From: Candidatus Woesearchaeota archaeon
GTDB lineage: Archaea > Nanobdellota > Nanobdellia > Pacearchaeales > GW2011-AR1
Length of the DNA stretch: 64,000 nucleotides
Assembly (NCBI GenBank): GCA_964514585.1
Contig: CAZETU010000003.1
Location: 80,813-144,812, forward strand
Direction of reading: 5' to 3'
Shown: positions 38,725 through 47,935 of the stretch, piece after piece
Numbering within the stretch: position 1 is the first letter of the stretch
Layout: the number at the start of each line of letters is the position of its first letter
Program-made: the position numbers and the translations under genes
The notes under the pieces: generated by a model
What the model was told of the DNA's origin: nothing
The model's database searches: none
Seen by the model: only the letters and a program-made list of their open reading frames with translations

Positions 38725-39831
38725 CCGAATTGATTTTTTGGCATTCTTTATAACCTCTGCCATAAAAAAGGCTAATTTCGGGGGAACGGCATTTCCTATT
38801 TGCCTATATATAGAACTCTTTGTACCTACAAATTTAAAATTATCTGGAAAACTTTGAATTCTAGCCCCTTCCCTTGGAGAGAGAGTTCTATTTTCAACTG
38901 GATGTATAAATCTTCCTCCAGAAGGAGTATCAAAACGAGTCGTGATTGTTGGAGCAATTCCATTTTTTTCAAGTCGACCGTATGACCCGCTATGAATTGA
39001 TTTGATATTTTCATCTAATTTAGTATAATTTTCCCCGGGGGATATCTTTTTTATTCTGTCCACTATTTGCTTATCATGAGTGGGTTTATTGTGATTTGAT
39101 GTTTTTTTTGTTGGGGATTCCAAAAATTCTTGATACTGATTATTCGGAATAAGCCCCTTAATATCTCCGATCAAATCTGCATTTTCCAAGTTAGATATAG
39201 CATCCCATACAGTTGTTTTATCAAAAAAATGAGGGTACATTTTTAGTATATCTGATTTGGTTTGCTCAATAATTTTTTCGAAATCAACAGCATTGTTCAA
39301 AGATCCCATAATAAAAACCCTTTCTCTCCCCTGAGGAATGCCAAAATCAGATGCCTTGAAAACACGATAGTAAGTATAATACTTATCTCCCCCTAACTTA
39401 TCCTTATCTTGAAACAATTCTAAAATAGTATTTAAGATCCTTCCTTTATCCATAGTCAATATCCCTTTAACATTTTCAAAAAGAAAAAAGGATGGCTTGA
39501 GTTGTCTCACTATTTCATAATATTCCTTAAAAAGATTATTCCTTGGATCTTCGATGAATCCCTGCCTTATTCTAGCCCCTGCCATAGAAAACCCCTGACA
39601 AGGAGGCCCTCCAATAATAATATCTGCGGGATAATTTTTTAAATTTTTATCCTCAGCTATTTTTTTTATATCTTCTACATAAAGTTTGACCCCTGGATGA
39701 TTTACTCTATAAGTCTCTGCGATTTGCTTATCATATTCAACAGCAGCAGAAATATTAAAGCCCGCCTTGGAAAACCCAACAGACAATCCTCCAACTCCTG
39801 CAAATAAATCAACCACATTAAGAGACTTCAT
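38716..39831 (-). CDS. C5-cytosine DNA methyltransferase
   Basis: DLFAGVGG, GGPPCQGFS, ENVKG, QGRERV, YRQIGNAVPP. Confidence 0.95.
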   Translation of the reverse strand: MKSLNVVDLFAGVGGLSVGFSKAGFNISAAVEYDKQIAETYRVNHPGVKLYVEDIKKIAEDKNLKNYPADIIIGGPPCQGFSMAGARIRQGFIEDPRNNLFKEYYEIVRQLKPSFFLFENVKGILTMDKGRILNTILELFQDKDKLGGDKYYTYYRVFKASDFGIPQGRERVFIMGSLNNAVDFEKIIEQTKSDILKMYPHFFDKTTVWDAISNLENADLIGDIKGLIPNNQYQEFLESPTKKTSNHNKPTHDKQIVDRIKKISPGENYTKLDENIKSIHSGSYGRLEKNGIAPTITTRFDTPSGGRFIHPVENRTLSPREGARIQSFPDNFKFVGTKSSIYRQIGNAVPPKLAFFMAEVIKNAKKSIRLE

Positions 39832-41615
39832 TTTAGATCCTCCTGTCCAGTTCGGTATCTTTCTTTATATTTTTTTATAAAGTTTATTTCGTTCGGTGTT
39901 AGTAAATATATCTTTCCAAGCTCCTCATCGATTTCATCAATAACATCTTTGCATTTCTTATGCTTATATTCATACATTGTTTGTTTGCTATCTATCTTTT
40001 CTTTTGTGTCTTCCAATTTTTTATCCAATTTTCTTGATAATTGGACTAGTTTATCTATAGACTTCCCCCCTATTTTAGGTACGGTAAAATTAAACAGTTC
40101 TTTTTTAGTAATGTGCCAACAGTCAGAAACCTTTATCCAAAACCACCAATACAAACTTGAATTAAAAATTGCATTCGCAATATGTAAATTATCCATAGTT
40201 AGTTTCATAGGAGTATATTCATTCAGTTTGTCTGGCTTAGTTAAAAAAGATTTAATCCAGAAAGCAGCCCTCTTATTAAGGTATAGTGTCTCTGAACCCT
40301 CTTCAAGGGTTAATAAGTTTTTTTCATAGGAATTTATTTTTGAAAAAATACTTAATTCCTTTACGTCTCCTAGTTTTGGATAAAATTCTGGAAAATTTGG
40401 ATTGTTTAGAATAAATTCATTTTCAAGAAATAGCTCCTTTCTTTCATTTTTATACCAATACTTATAATCTGAAGTAAATATTTTATGCCCTTCACCCTGC
40501 CCCTTCTTTAAAAAAAGAATATTTAATTTTTGATGCACTCCGGAAAATAAACAATCTGGACGATCATTATAGCTTAGGACAAATTGGTATTTTGATTGAC
40601 TTTCAACAAATTTTCTTAAACTTCCCATCCTTGCAGTTGATATATAAGATATCGGAATTATAAAGCCTAATACTCCGTGGGGTTTTAATATATTTAAGCT
40701 ATTGTGAATTGTATCTGCATAGGTATTACCGTATTTCATAATGTGACTGTCTTCTGTTTTTGTCTTTTCAACATAGGGCGGATTTCCTATTATTAGATCG
40801 AAAGATAAGTCGAAATTGCAATTAGAGATAAAATTTTTACTTGTAAAATTTTTATCTAATGTTCCCAAAATATTTTTAATATTGGAAGTTTTGCAAAAAT
40901 ATAAGCATTTAAATATAATTCTTATTTTTGAAATATAGGTTGAGTAGGGATCTAAATCATTTCCATGAAGGCTATCGATAATATCATCAATATTTCCAGA
41001 AGAAATTTTCCCGTTTATTTCATTGATTATATTCAATTTGATAGTTAGAACTTGTACCAAAAAGGCCCCAGTTCCGCAAGTTGGATCTAAAATTGAACTT
41101 TTCTGAATAAGATTAATTATCTCCTTTTGATTATTCTTTGAAAGACTAATAATTTTATGAATAATTTTATCTGGATGCTCCGGTTTAAATTTTAATTTAA
41201 ACTTATTAGTAATTAATTGAAAAATAGAATTATAAATTATAAAATCGGATATATCTTCAGGAGTATAATAAACTCCTTTTTCTCTTCGCTCTTGACCCTT
41301 CTCATTTATTTTCCCTAATTCAAATTGAAAATTAGACTCATCGAGATTATGGGAGGCTAGTAATAATATTAAATTTTGATAATAATTAAAATATTCTTTC
41401 TCTGGCTTGTTCTCTCCTAGTAGCAAAAGAAGGTCTCTAGGTGTTTTATGGATATTATCCATTAGGATTTTAACTTTAATTTGGTTGGTAGAATTATCCT
41501 CCTTAGAAAACAAGGATGTCAAAATATCAGAATGATTTAGATTAAAAAATTTCATAAGTTTCTTATCCTCATATTTCAATAGAGATTCTTTCTCCTTAAT
41601 TTTTAGATTCTGCAT
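39828..41615 (-). CDS. N6-adenine DNA methyltransferase (gamma class, Eco57I/TaqI-like)
   Basis: GVYYTP, LDPTCGTGAFL, IIGNPPY; 4-nt overlap with the C5 methylase. Confidence 0.92.
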   Translation of the reverse strand: MQNLKIKEKESLLKYEDKKLMKFFNLNHSDILTSLFSKEDNSTNQIKVKILMDNIHKTPRDLLLLLGENKPEKEYFNYYQNLILLLASHNLDESNFQFELGKINEKGQERREKGVYYTPEDISDFIIYNSIFQLITNKFKLKFKPEHPDKIIHKIISLSKNNQKEIINLIQKSSILDPTCGTGAFLVQVLTIKLNIINEINGKISSGNIDDIIDSLHGNDLDPYSTYISKIRIIFKCLYFCKTSNIKNILGTLDKNFTSKNFISNCNFDLSFDLIIGNPPYVEKTKTEDSHIMKYGNTYADTIHNSLNILKPHGVLGFIIPISYISTARMGSLRKFVESQSKYQFVLSYNDRPDCLFSGVHQKLNILFLKKGQGEGHKIFTSDYKYWYKNERKELFLENEFILNNPNFPEFYPKLGDVKELSIFSKINSYEKNLLTLEEGSETLYLNKRAAFWIKSFLTKPDKLNEYTPMKLTMDNLHIANAIFNSSLYWWFWIKVSDCWHITKKELFNFTVPKIGGKSIDKLVQLSRKLDKKLEDTKEKIDSKQTMYEYKHKKCKDVIDEIDEELGKIYLLTPNEINFIKKYKERYRTGQEDLK

Positions 41616-41806
41616 TTTTATTTTCTCCTTTTAATTCAGATTTCATAAAATTATCTACTTTTCTTGAAAGAATTATTGCATTTTTCTCACAATATTCTTT
41701 GTATTCATCATAGATTTCCTCATCAAGGCTCAATGCAACAGTTTTTCTACCCATATGGATTCATATGGGTTTTAGTTTATAAATCTTTTGGAAAATTTAG
41801 GGCAAT

Positions 41807-43285
41807 TTATTTTAATTCGTTTTGCAAACCCTTAACAATCTCAACCTCTGCCAAAGTATCCAATTCACAATATTTCTCCAAAGCATCTCGAATCTTTTGC
41901 CTTTCCTCCTCACTAACAGAAGAATCGTAAGTAACCCTTTCATATTCATAACTAGCCTGATCCCCTTTCTTAACATCTTTCAAATTTTTATAACTCAAGT
42001 CCGACATTACAGGCAGAACTGCCTTAATACTTGCACTTCCACATTGTTTCGGATCATAATAATGAAAATTCCTAAAAACATCCCATAAGTCTTTTATCCT
42101 TGACAAAATATTTTCATCATACCATTCTCTAAATTCAGGAAATGCCGTTGCAGACTCGTTCATAACGCCTTTTTCAAACCCCTGATTATAGACCAAAATA
42201 CTTCCAGAGTCGCCTAAGTTATCTCTTAATGATTGCATAAATTTAGGTCGAGGATCATCAGTTCCATCAGCTAAAAAAGAGATATGCTCAACTTCTCCAC
42301 CTTCTTCTTTTTGAATATGCAAACTAAACTGAAAAGGTATTCTTTGGTATGGATTCATCCCATCAAACTTAGGCAAAATAGGATTTATTGTCTCAAAATC
42401 TAAATAATAAATTGGATATTCTAAATTTCTCAGAAAATTATTAATCTCAGTTTTATCTATATGTTTTCCTCCGTCATGAGCCAATCTTCTTTGTATTTGT
42501 TGTTTTTCATTTAGTTTTGTGCTTTCAGGAACATCAGTTAAGCATACAATTCCTCCATTATATAATTCGAAACATTTCTTCTTTAACATTCGATAAAAAT
42601 CAAATATACTATTTTCAGGAACTTCGTCCCAACATTCATCCTTAATTGGACAATCATAAGGGTCTGCACATGAAGGACTTATGTTACAAGTAGGTTCTTC
42701 TTGAGAATTAATAACCTTTATCATTTCTTCAATGTTAGACTCGACGTATTTTGAAAATTCTTTAATATTTTCAGTAATTTCAGTTTGAATAAATAATTCT
42801 TTTGGCTCAATTTGACCATTAAGGCAATATTGGTTATTAATATGCATTAAGAAACACTTTCTAATTTTAAGTCCATATTTCTCATAAATATATTTTTGAA
42901 ATGATACGTCGTGCAAATTTACATCTTTAACCTTAGTTGCACTTTTAACTTCAATAATATCCCATTCATCTTTTCCAACAGGAACTAAAATATCTGCCCT
43001 AGAATATAAATTATCAACCATAAATGCAGGTTCAAATAAAGGAATTCTTTTTTTTATTAATTTCTTAGTGTTTTCTAAATTCTCTTTAAAATTTTCATCG
43101 GGAATATTTTCTCCTTCGGGAAAAACTTTCTTAGCTAACTCTCCAACAACATGACCGTCATCGAATTTCTTTTGAGCTAATTCATCAGGTTCAGGAAGTC
43201 GCCTCTTGTCGTTAATTTTAACCCATAATAATTTTGGGCATTGTAGCCCTAGTAGGTAACTTGATTTTGATAGTAGCTTTGGCAT
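41807..43285 (-). CDS. DUF2779-family protein (Cas4/RecB-like nuclease + DEDD/RNase H-like domain), paralogue 1
   Basis: QCPKLLW, RADIL..IIEVKS, C..PYDC..C, YYLDFET, PFQFSLH, SASIKAVLP, YCELDT. Confidence 0.8.
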   Translation of the reverse strand: MPKLLSKSSYLLGLQCPKLLWVKINDKRRLPEPDELAQKKFDDGHVVGELAKKVFPEGENIPDENFKENLENTKKLIKKRIPLFEPAFMVDNLYSRADILVPVGKDEWDIIEVKSATKVKDVNLHDVSFQKYIYEKYGLKIRKCFLMHINNQYCLNGQIEPKELFIQTEITENIKEFSKYVESNIEEMIKVINSQEEPTCNISPSCADPYDCPIKDECWDEVPENSIFDFYRMLKKKCFELYNGGIVCLTDVPESTKLNEKQQIQRRLAHDGGKHIDKTEINNFLRNLEYPIYYLDFETINPILPKFDGMNPYQRIPFQFSLHIQKEEGGEVEHISFLADGTDDPRPKFMQSLRDNLGDSGSILVYNQGFEKGVMNESATAFPEFREWYDENILSRIKDLWDVFRNFHYYDPKQCGSASIKAVLPVMSDLSYKNLKDVKKGDQASYEYERVTYDSSVSEEERQKIRDALEKYCELDTLAEVEIVKGLQNELK

Positions 43286-43346
43286 AAAAGATTTAGGGCT
43301 AAGTAGCTTATAAAATTATTTATAAACTATCAAATCATATCTTATT

Positions 43347-43592
43347 ATGATACTAGGAATAATCGGACTTATTTTAATTGCAGTTGCATGGCTTCCACAA
43401 ATAATCGAAACAATTAAAACTAAGAAAAGTGGATTAAACATTAAATTTGCATTAATTTATGTCATCGGCTCTTTCGTATTAGTAATCTATTCAGTTCAGA
43501 TAAAAGATACGGTTTTCTTAATACTAAACTCTCTTGCAACACTTATGAGTTTTACAGGATTGTTTTATACAATCAAGTATCAAAAGAAATAG
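43347..43592 (+). CDS. PQ-loop / SemiSWEET-like small transporter
   Basis: AWLPQIIETIKTKKS; 3 TM segments; 81 aa. Confidence 0.75.
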   Translation: MILGIIGLILIAVAWLPQIIETIKTKKSGLNIKFALIYVIGSFVLVIYSVQIKDTVFLILNSLATLMSFTGLFYTIKYQKK

Positions 43593-43606
43593 GTGCTTGG
43601 AATTGT

Positions 43607-44755
43607 TCAACTAACAACCCCTTCAATCTGACTAGCTAATTTTTCAAATTTAGCCATATTTATTTCCATTAATTCCATTCTTTCTTGCAAGATTTCATTT
43701 TGTCTTTTTGTTGAATTCAACTCTTTTTCTAATTCTGTTTTAGTCGTGTCTATTAGCATATCCTCTTCTGAAATCGTATCCCTCATTCCTAATAGTTCGC
43801 TGTAATAATGTATTTTATCGCTTTTTTTCCAACCGAATCTATATTTAAGAGCTGATTCACTTTTATAACGAGGCATCCAATAGCAACAAGCACAATGCCT
43901 AAAATCATACATGGTTAGATTGCAGTACTTTTCTCCTGCAGGAGAAACTCCTTCTCCAAAAAGTTTCCTAGCTGTGTTTTTTATAACTCTATTTACATTA
44001 TATGGCTTAAATGTAAATAAATAATCATGAAGCTCCAGTTTTTCTTCCCTAATATATCGTTTGATTAGGTCAGAAGATAACATTAACTTTATTCTTCTAC
44101 CAAAAGTTTTACTTATCTCATCTCTTATGTGAACTTCCTTAAAGTCGTTATGAAGGTCTGAAATTTTAATATTAATTAATTCGGTCGGGGCTCTAATTCC
44201 AGTATCAAACAAAAACATAATCATCGTCCTATATTTGAAAGTGGATTTATCGCAAAAACTTCTAACCTGATCTTCTGTTAAATATACCCATTTTGGTTTA
44301 TCCCGTCTAACGTCTAAATCGATTGTGATATCTTCAACGGTGACACCTTCTTTTCTATTCACTTTAATCCACCAATGCCAAAATGATTTGAAGGCTTTCC
44401 CATAAGTGTCTATTGAGGCATAGATTTTACCATCTTCCCTAGAGACTTCCCCTGTTCTAATTTTGGAAAAGAATACTATGATTTGATCCTCAGTTATTTT
44501 GGTAATATCATCAAGTCCAAATTCATCTTTAAACCTTTTAGAGAAAAATATCATTTTTTGTCTCAATGTGTTCAATCTAATAAAACTTCTCGGACCTTTT
44601 GAACTTCTTGAAGAAACATTTCTCCCGACCTCCATGTCTCCGACATATCTTAAAGTTAAATCAGAATTTACTTTACTAATCCCTGGAACGCCGTCTTTTA
44701 CTGCTATTTTCCAAGCATGGTATTTTTCCTTGTGTTTGTATGGATCTCTTTTCAT
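43607..44755 (-). CDS. Tyrosine recombinase/integrase (paralogue 2)
   Basis: FDTGIRAPTEL, SKT, YDFRH, RFGW..IHYYS; visibly homologous to 17895-19022 throughout. Confidence 0.9.
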   Translation of the reverse strand: MKRDPYKHKEKYHAWKIAVKDGVPGISKVNSDLTLRYVGDMEVGRNVSSRSSKGPRSFIRLNTLRQKMIFFSKRFKDEFGLDDITKITEDQIIVFFSKIRTGEVSREDGKIYASIDTYGKAFKSFWHWWIKVNRKEGVTVEDITIDLDVRRDKPKWVYLTEDQVRSFCDKSTFKYRTMIMFLFDTGIRAPTELINIKISDLHNDFKEVHIRDEISKTFGRRIKLMLSSDLIKRYIREEKLELHDYLFTFKPYNVNRVIKNTARKLFGEGVSPAGEKYCNLTMYDFRHCACCYWMPRYKSESALKYRFGWKKSDKIHYYSELLGMRDTISEEDMLIDTTKTELEKELNSTKRQNEILQERMELMEINMAKFEKLASQIEGVVS

Positions 44756-44891
44756 TGTCTGAAAAGCAAACACTATTTATTAACATCGAGGTTTTGCACA
44801 GGTACCTTATGGGTATCTTACAGGTGTCGTTTAGAAGTCAGAGTTTTGTTTTTCCGCTTGAAAGCTCATCGATTATGCTCCAAGTGGGTTA

Positions 44892-44909
44892 CGCCCCAAC
44901 CGGGGGCTA
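44892..44909 (+). repeat. Core copy upstream of integrase 2 (CGCCCCAACCGGGGGCTA)
   Basis: Matches the E1 core CGTCCCAACCGGGGCTA; 137 bp from the integrase ATG. Confidence 0.8.
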
Positions 44910-44917
44910 ATGGGGAT

Positions 44918-45064
44918 TTAACTTCCCTCTATAATCATTCCGACAGAAAGAAACAATACGAGAAATGATCCAATAGCTACTGGAATATTAAAACTGTCAA
45001 ACAAGGCATAAATTAAAGCTATTGCTGACAAAACTGCTGTGATTTTCGGACTTATCTTCGCCAT
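44918..45064 (-). CDS. 48-aa two-TM micro-protein (MAKISPKITAVLSAIALIYALF...)
   Basis: Read by hand; ATG 45064, TAA 44918. Confidence 0.5.
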   Translation of the reverse strand: MAKISPKITAVLSAIALIYALFDSFNIPVAIGSFLVLFLSVGMIIEGS

Positions 45065-45130
45065 TAATATAACAATGAATCAAACCTTAAAAATGTTTAG
45101 GAACCAACTAATGGTGGGGTAATTTAATCC

Positions 45131-45352
45131 CTACCAAGAACTTGTTGGCCCTTTCTTATGCTTACTTTTCTTAACTGAGCGAAGGTTGCCTGGTTGGTTA
45201 TTATTCTTATTCCCGTCAACATGGTGGGCCTCATATCCCTTTTTTACTTTGCCACCCATTTTCTTTTCTAAAACCCTTTTGTGGACAGACTGTGTAGTTC
45301 CATCATTATCTGTAAATACTTTATATCCACTTTTATTCTTTCTGATAACCAT
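45131..45352 (-). CDS. Small HNH endonuclease-like protein
   Basis: VHKRVLEKK..AHHVDGNKNNNQPGNL. Confidence 0.75.
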   Translation of the reverse strand: MVIRKNKSGYKVFTDNDGTTQSVHKRVLEKKMGGKVKKGYEAHHVDGNKNNNQPGNLRSVKKSKHKKGPTSSW

Positions 45353-45413
45353 GTATTAATAATGCAGACAAAGTTTAAATATGTTCGGAAATAACTAAAT
45401 TTAACTTAAAATA

Positions 45414-45830
45414 TTAATTATCAAATTTTGGCCAATAGCCTCTTTTGAAGATCTTGATGTCTCCCCGAAACATATCTTCCAATTCTTTTTCCAAAGTCTC
45501 CAAAAAGGAGTACATGAGCCATGTTTCTCTTGCTTCGAAAATAATATTTTTCGAATCTAATTGTTTCATAGAAGTTACCACTGATTGAAAACGGGTATCC
45601 AGTATTTCATAGGTTTTTTTTATCTCCTCAGAATTAGTAATATTATAAGGAAGAACTATCTTTAATTGAGCAATCGCAGGATTGTTTTGACTGACTTGTA
45701 TTTTTTTAAAAATTATACTATTTTTCTCTTCTTCCTTATCCACATTTACCCTTTCAGGAACTATTATTTTCCCATTCTTATCAAAGTCCATATTTTTCAC
45801 AATTAGGGAATGTTTATAATTATTTCGCAA
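45414..45830 (-). CDS. Hypothetical protein
   Basis: 138-aa ORF; no motif recognised. Confidence 0.55.
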   Translation of the reverse strand: MRNNYKHSLIVKNMDFDKNGKIIVPERVNVDKEEEKNSIIFKKIQVSQNNPAIAQLKIVLPYNITNSEEIKKTYEILDTRFQSVVTSMKQLDSKNIIFEARETWLMYSFLETLEKELEDMFRGDIKIFKRGYWPKFDN

Positions 45831-45859
45831 ATATCCTTTTTAAGAATAATAGATTAAAA

Positions 45860-46399
45860 TTAAAAGAACCAACCTGGAAATAATAAAATTAAAAGGCTAA
45901 GAATAATCAAAAGAATAAATCCGATAAATAAAATCCATTTAATACCAATCCATACAAATTTTATACCCTTAAATAATATCTTTAATTTTCTATTTTTGAC
46001 CTTTATTTCAAATCTTAAAAATCCTTTAAATAGATTTAATGCAAAAATAATAGAAAACACAATTGTAATATGGTAAATGATAAACCAAGACTTATAATTT
46101 TTAACAATATTTAGATTAATTTGAAGATCTTTGTTGCATCCAGTTATGCTTTCATTGATTTTTTGATTACATTGATTATTAAGTTCATTTGTTAGATCGG
46201 TTTGATTTTGAAGTTGAGATTGGCATACTGAAAGATCTGTGCTTAATTGATTAATCTTATTTTTTTCATTTTCACAACTAAGGCCAGACAGTACATTTAG
46301 TAAACCTATAACCATAACAAGTGTGATAACTATTCCAACTATCCACATGATAAATTCTCCAGGATTATCTGGTATTTCAATTTGACCTTTCTTATTCAT
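45860..46399 (-). CDS. Membrane protein with a class-III-like (KKGQ) N-terminus and coiled coil
   Basis: MNKKGQIEI; TM, coiled coil, two TM. Confidence 0.6.
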   Translation of the reverse strand: MNKKGQIEIPDNPGEFIMWIVGIVITLVMVIGLLNVLSGLSCENEKNKINQLSTDLSVCQSQLQNQTDLTNELNNQCNQKINESITGCNKDLQINLNIVKNYKSWFIIYHITIVFSIIFALNLFKGFLRFEIKVKNRKLKILFKGIKFVWIGIKWILFIGFILLIILSLLILLFPGWFF

Positions 46400-46449
46400 T
46401 ATTTTTTAACACTCATAAGATATTTATAGTTTACTTCTAATGAAATTCT

Positions 46450-47934
46450 ATGTTATTAACAAAATCAAACTACCTCCAGGGGCTACAATGTCCAAAACTA
46501 CTCTGGGTTGCAAAAAACGATAAACAAAGAATGCCTGAGCCAGATAATTCTGCAAAGCATAATTTTATGATGGGAGATATTATTGGAGTTTTAGCTACTA
46601 AGGCTTTTGTTAATGGAACAGATCTTGCAGATTTAGGATTTATGGAGAATATTAATAAGACTAAAGAAGCAATTAAAAAAAGACAGACGATTTATGAGGC
46701 AGGGGTTATGGTTGAGAATTTATTCTCTAGGGCAGATGTTTTGTTGCCTGTTGGAAGGGATGAATGGGATATTATTGAAGTAAAAAGTGCGACGAAAGTT
46801 AAGGACATAAATATCCATGATGTTTCTTTTCAGAAGTATACCTATGAAAAAGCTGGACTTAAAATTCGGAAATGTTTTTTGATGCATATTAATAATGAAT
46901 ATGTGAAGGATGGGAATATTGAACCCGAAGAATTATTTGTCCAGACAGAGATAACTGAAGATGTTCTGGAATATTCGAAAGGAATTGAAGAAAGAATAAA
47001 AGACATGTTTAAGATTATTTCGTCAAAGAAAGAAACGGGGTTTCCTATTGGAATTCAGTGTTCAGAACCATATAAATGTGCATTGAAGAGTGAATGTTGG
47101 AAAGATGTTACAGAAGGAAGTGTTTTTGAATTTTATTATATGCTCAAGAAAAAATGTTTTGAGCTTTATAATGGAGGAATTACTTGTCTGAAAGATGTCC
47201 CAGAGGACGTTAAATTGAATAGTAATCAACAGATACAAAGAAGACTTGCATTTGATGGGGGAAAGCATATAGACAAATTACAAATCAAGAATTTTCTTAG
47301 AAATCTGAAATATCCGATTTATTATTTGGATTTTGAAACTATTGCTCCAGCAATTCCTAAGTTTGATGGGATGAGGCCTTATCAGAGAATTCCATTCCAG
47401 TTTTCATTACATATTCAGAGTAAGACTGGGAAGATTAAGCATATTTCTTTTTTAGCTGATGGAACTAATGATCCGAGACCTAAGTTTATGCAGGCACTCA
47501 GAGACAATTTAAAGAAGCGTGGGAGTATTTTAGTTTACAATCAGGGGTTTGAGAAGGGTGTTATGAACGAGTGTTCTACGGTTTTGCCTGAGTTTATGGA
47601 ATGGTATAAGGGGAATATCGAGCCAAGAGTGAAAGATCTTTTAGATGTTTTCAGAAATTTTTATTATTATGATCCGAAGCAGAAGGGTTCCGCTTCAATA
47701 AAGGCGGTTTTGCCAGCTATGTCGGATTTGAAGTATAGTGATTTAGAGATTAGCGAGGGGATGTTTGCGAGTAATGAATATGAGCGGGTTACTTATGATC
47801 CTTCGGTTAGTAAAAAGGAAAGGAATAATGTCAGGGAGGCCCTGGAAAGATATTGCGAGTTGGATACTTGGGCTGAAGTTGAGATTGTTGGAGCGCTGAG
47901 GAAAGAATTAAAAGGTTTAAAGGGTGAGAAATAG
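46450..47934 (+). CDS. DUF2779-family protein, paralogue 2
   Basis: Same motif set as 41807-43285; end-to-end similarity is evident by eye. Confidence 0.8.
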   Translation: MLLTKSNYLQGLQCPKLLWVAKNDKQRMPEPDNSAKHNFMMGDIIGVLATKAFVNGTDLADLGFMENINKTKEAIKKRQTIYEAGVMVENLFSRADVLLPVGRDEWDIIEVKSATKVKDINIHDVSFQKYTYEKAGLKIRKCFLMHINNEYVKDGNIEPEELFVQTEITEDVLEYSKGIEERIKDMFKIISSKKETGFPIGIQCSEPYKCALKSECWKDVTEGSVFEFYYMLKKKCFELYNGGITCLKDVPEDVKLNSNQQIQRRLAFDGGKHIDKLQIKNFLRNLKYPIYYLDFETIAPAIPKFDGMRPYQRIPFQFSLHIQSKTGKIKHISFLADGTNDPRPKFMQALRDNLKKRGSILVYNQGFEKGVMNECSTVLPEFMEWYKGNIEPRVKDLLDVFRNFYYYDPKQKGSASIKAVLPAMSDLKYSDLEISEGMFASNEYERVTYDPSVSKKERNNVREALERYCELDTWAEVEIVGALRKELKGLKGEK

Positions 47935-47935
47935 T

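Larger units (their letters stand above)
25394..44906. mobile_element. Putative ~19.5-kb integrative (conjugative-like) element
   Basis: Direct cores at 25394 and 44892; integrase 2 at the right end; contains the pilin/VirB6/VirB4 module, a phage-type methylase and defence genes. Confidence 0.5.

Noticed and set aside
44892-44970. Possible intact tRNA gene at the core copies
   Set aside because: Only about 13 nt resemble a tRNA 3' end; there is no T-loop (GTTCRA), anticodon arm or D-arm at this or any other copy.
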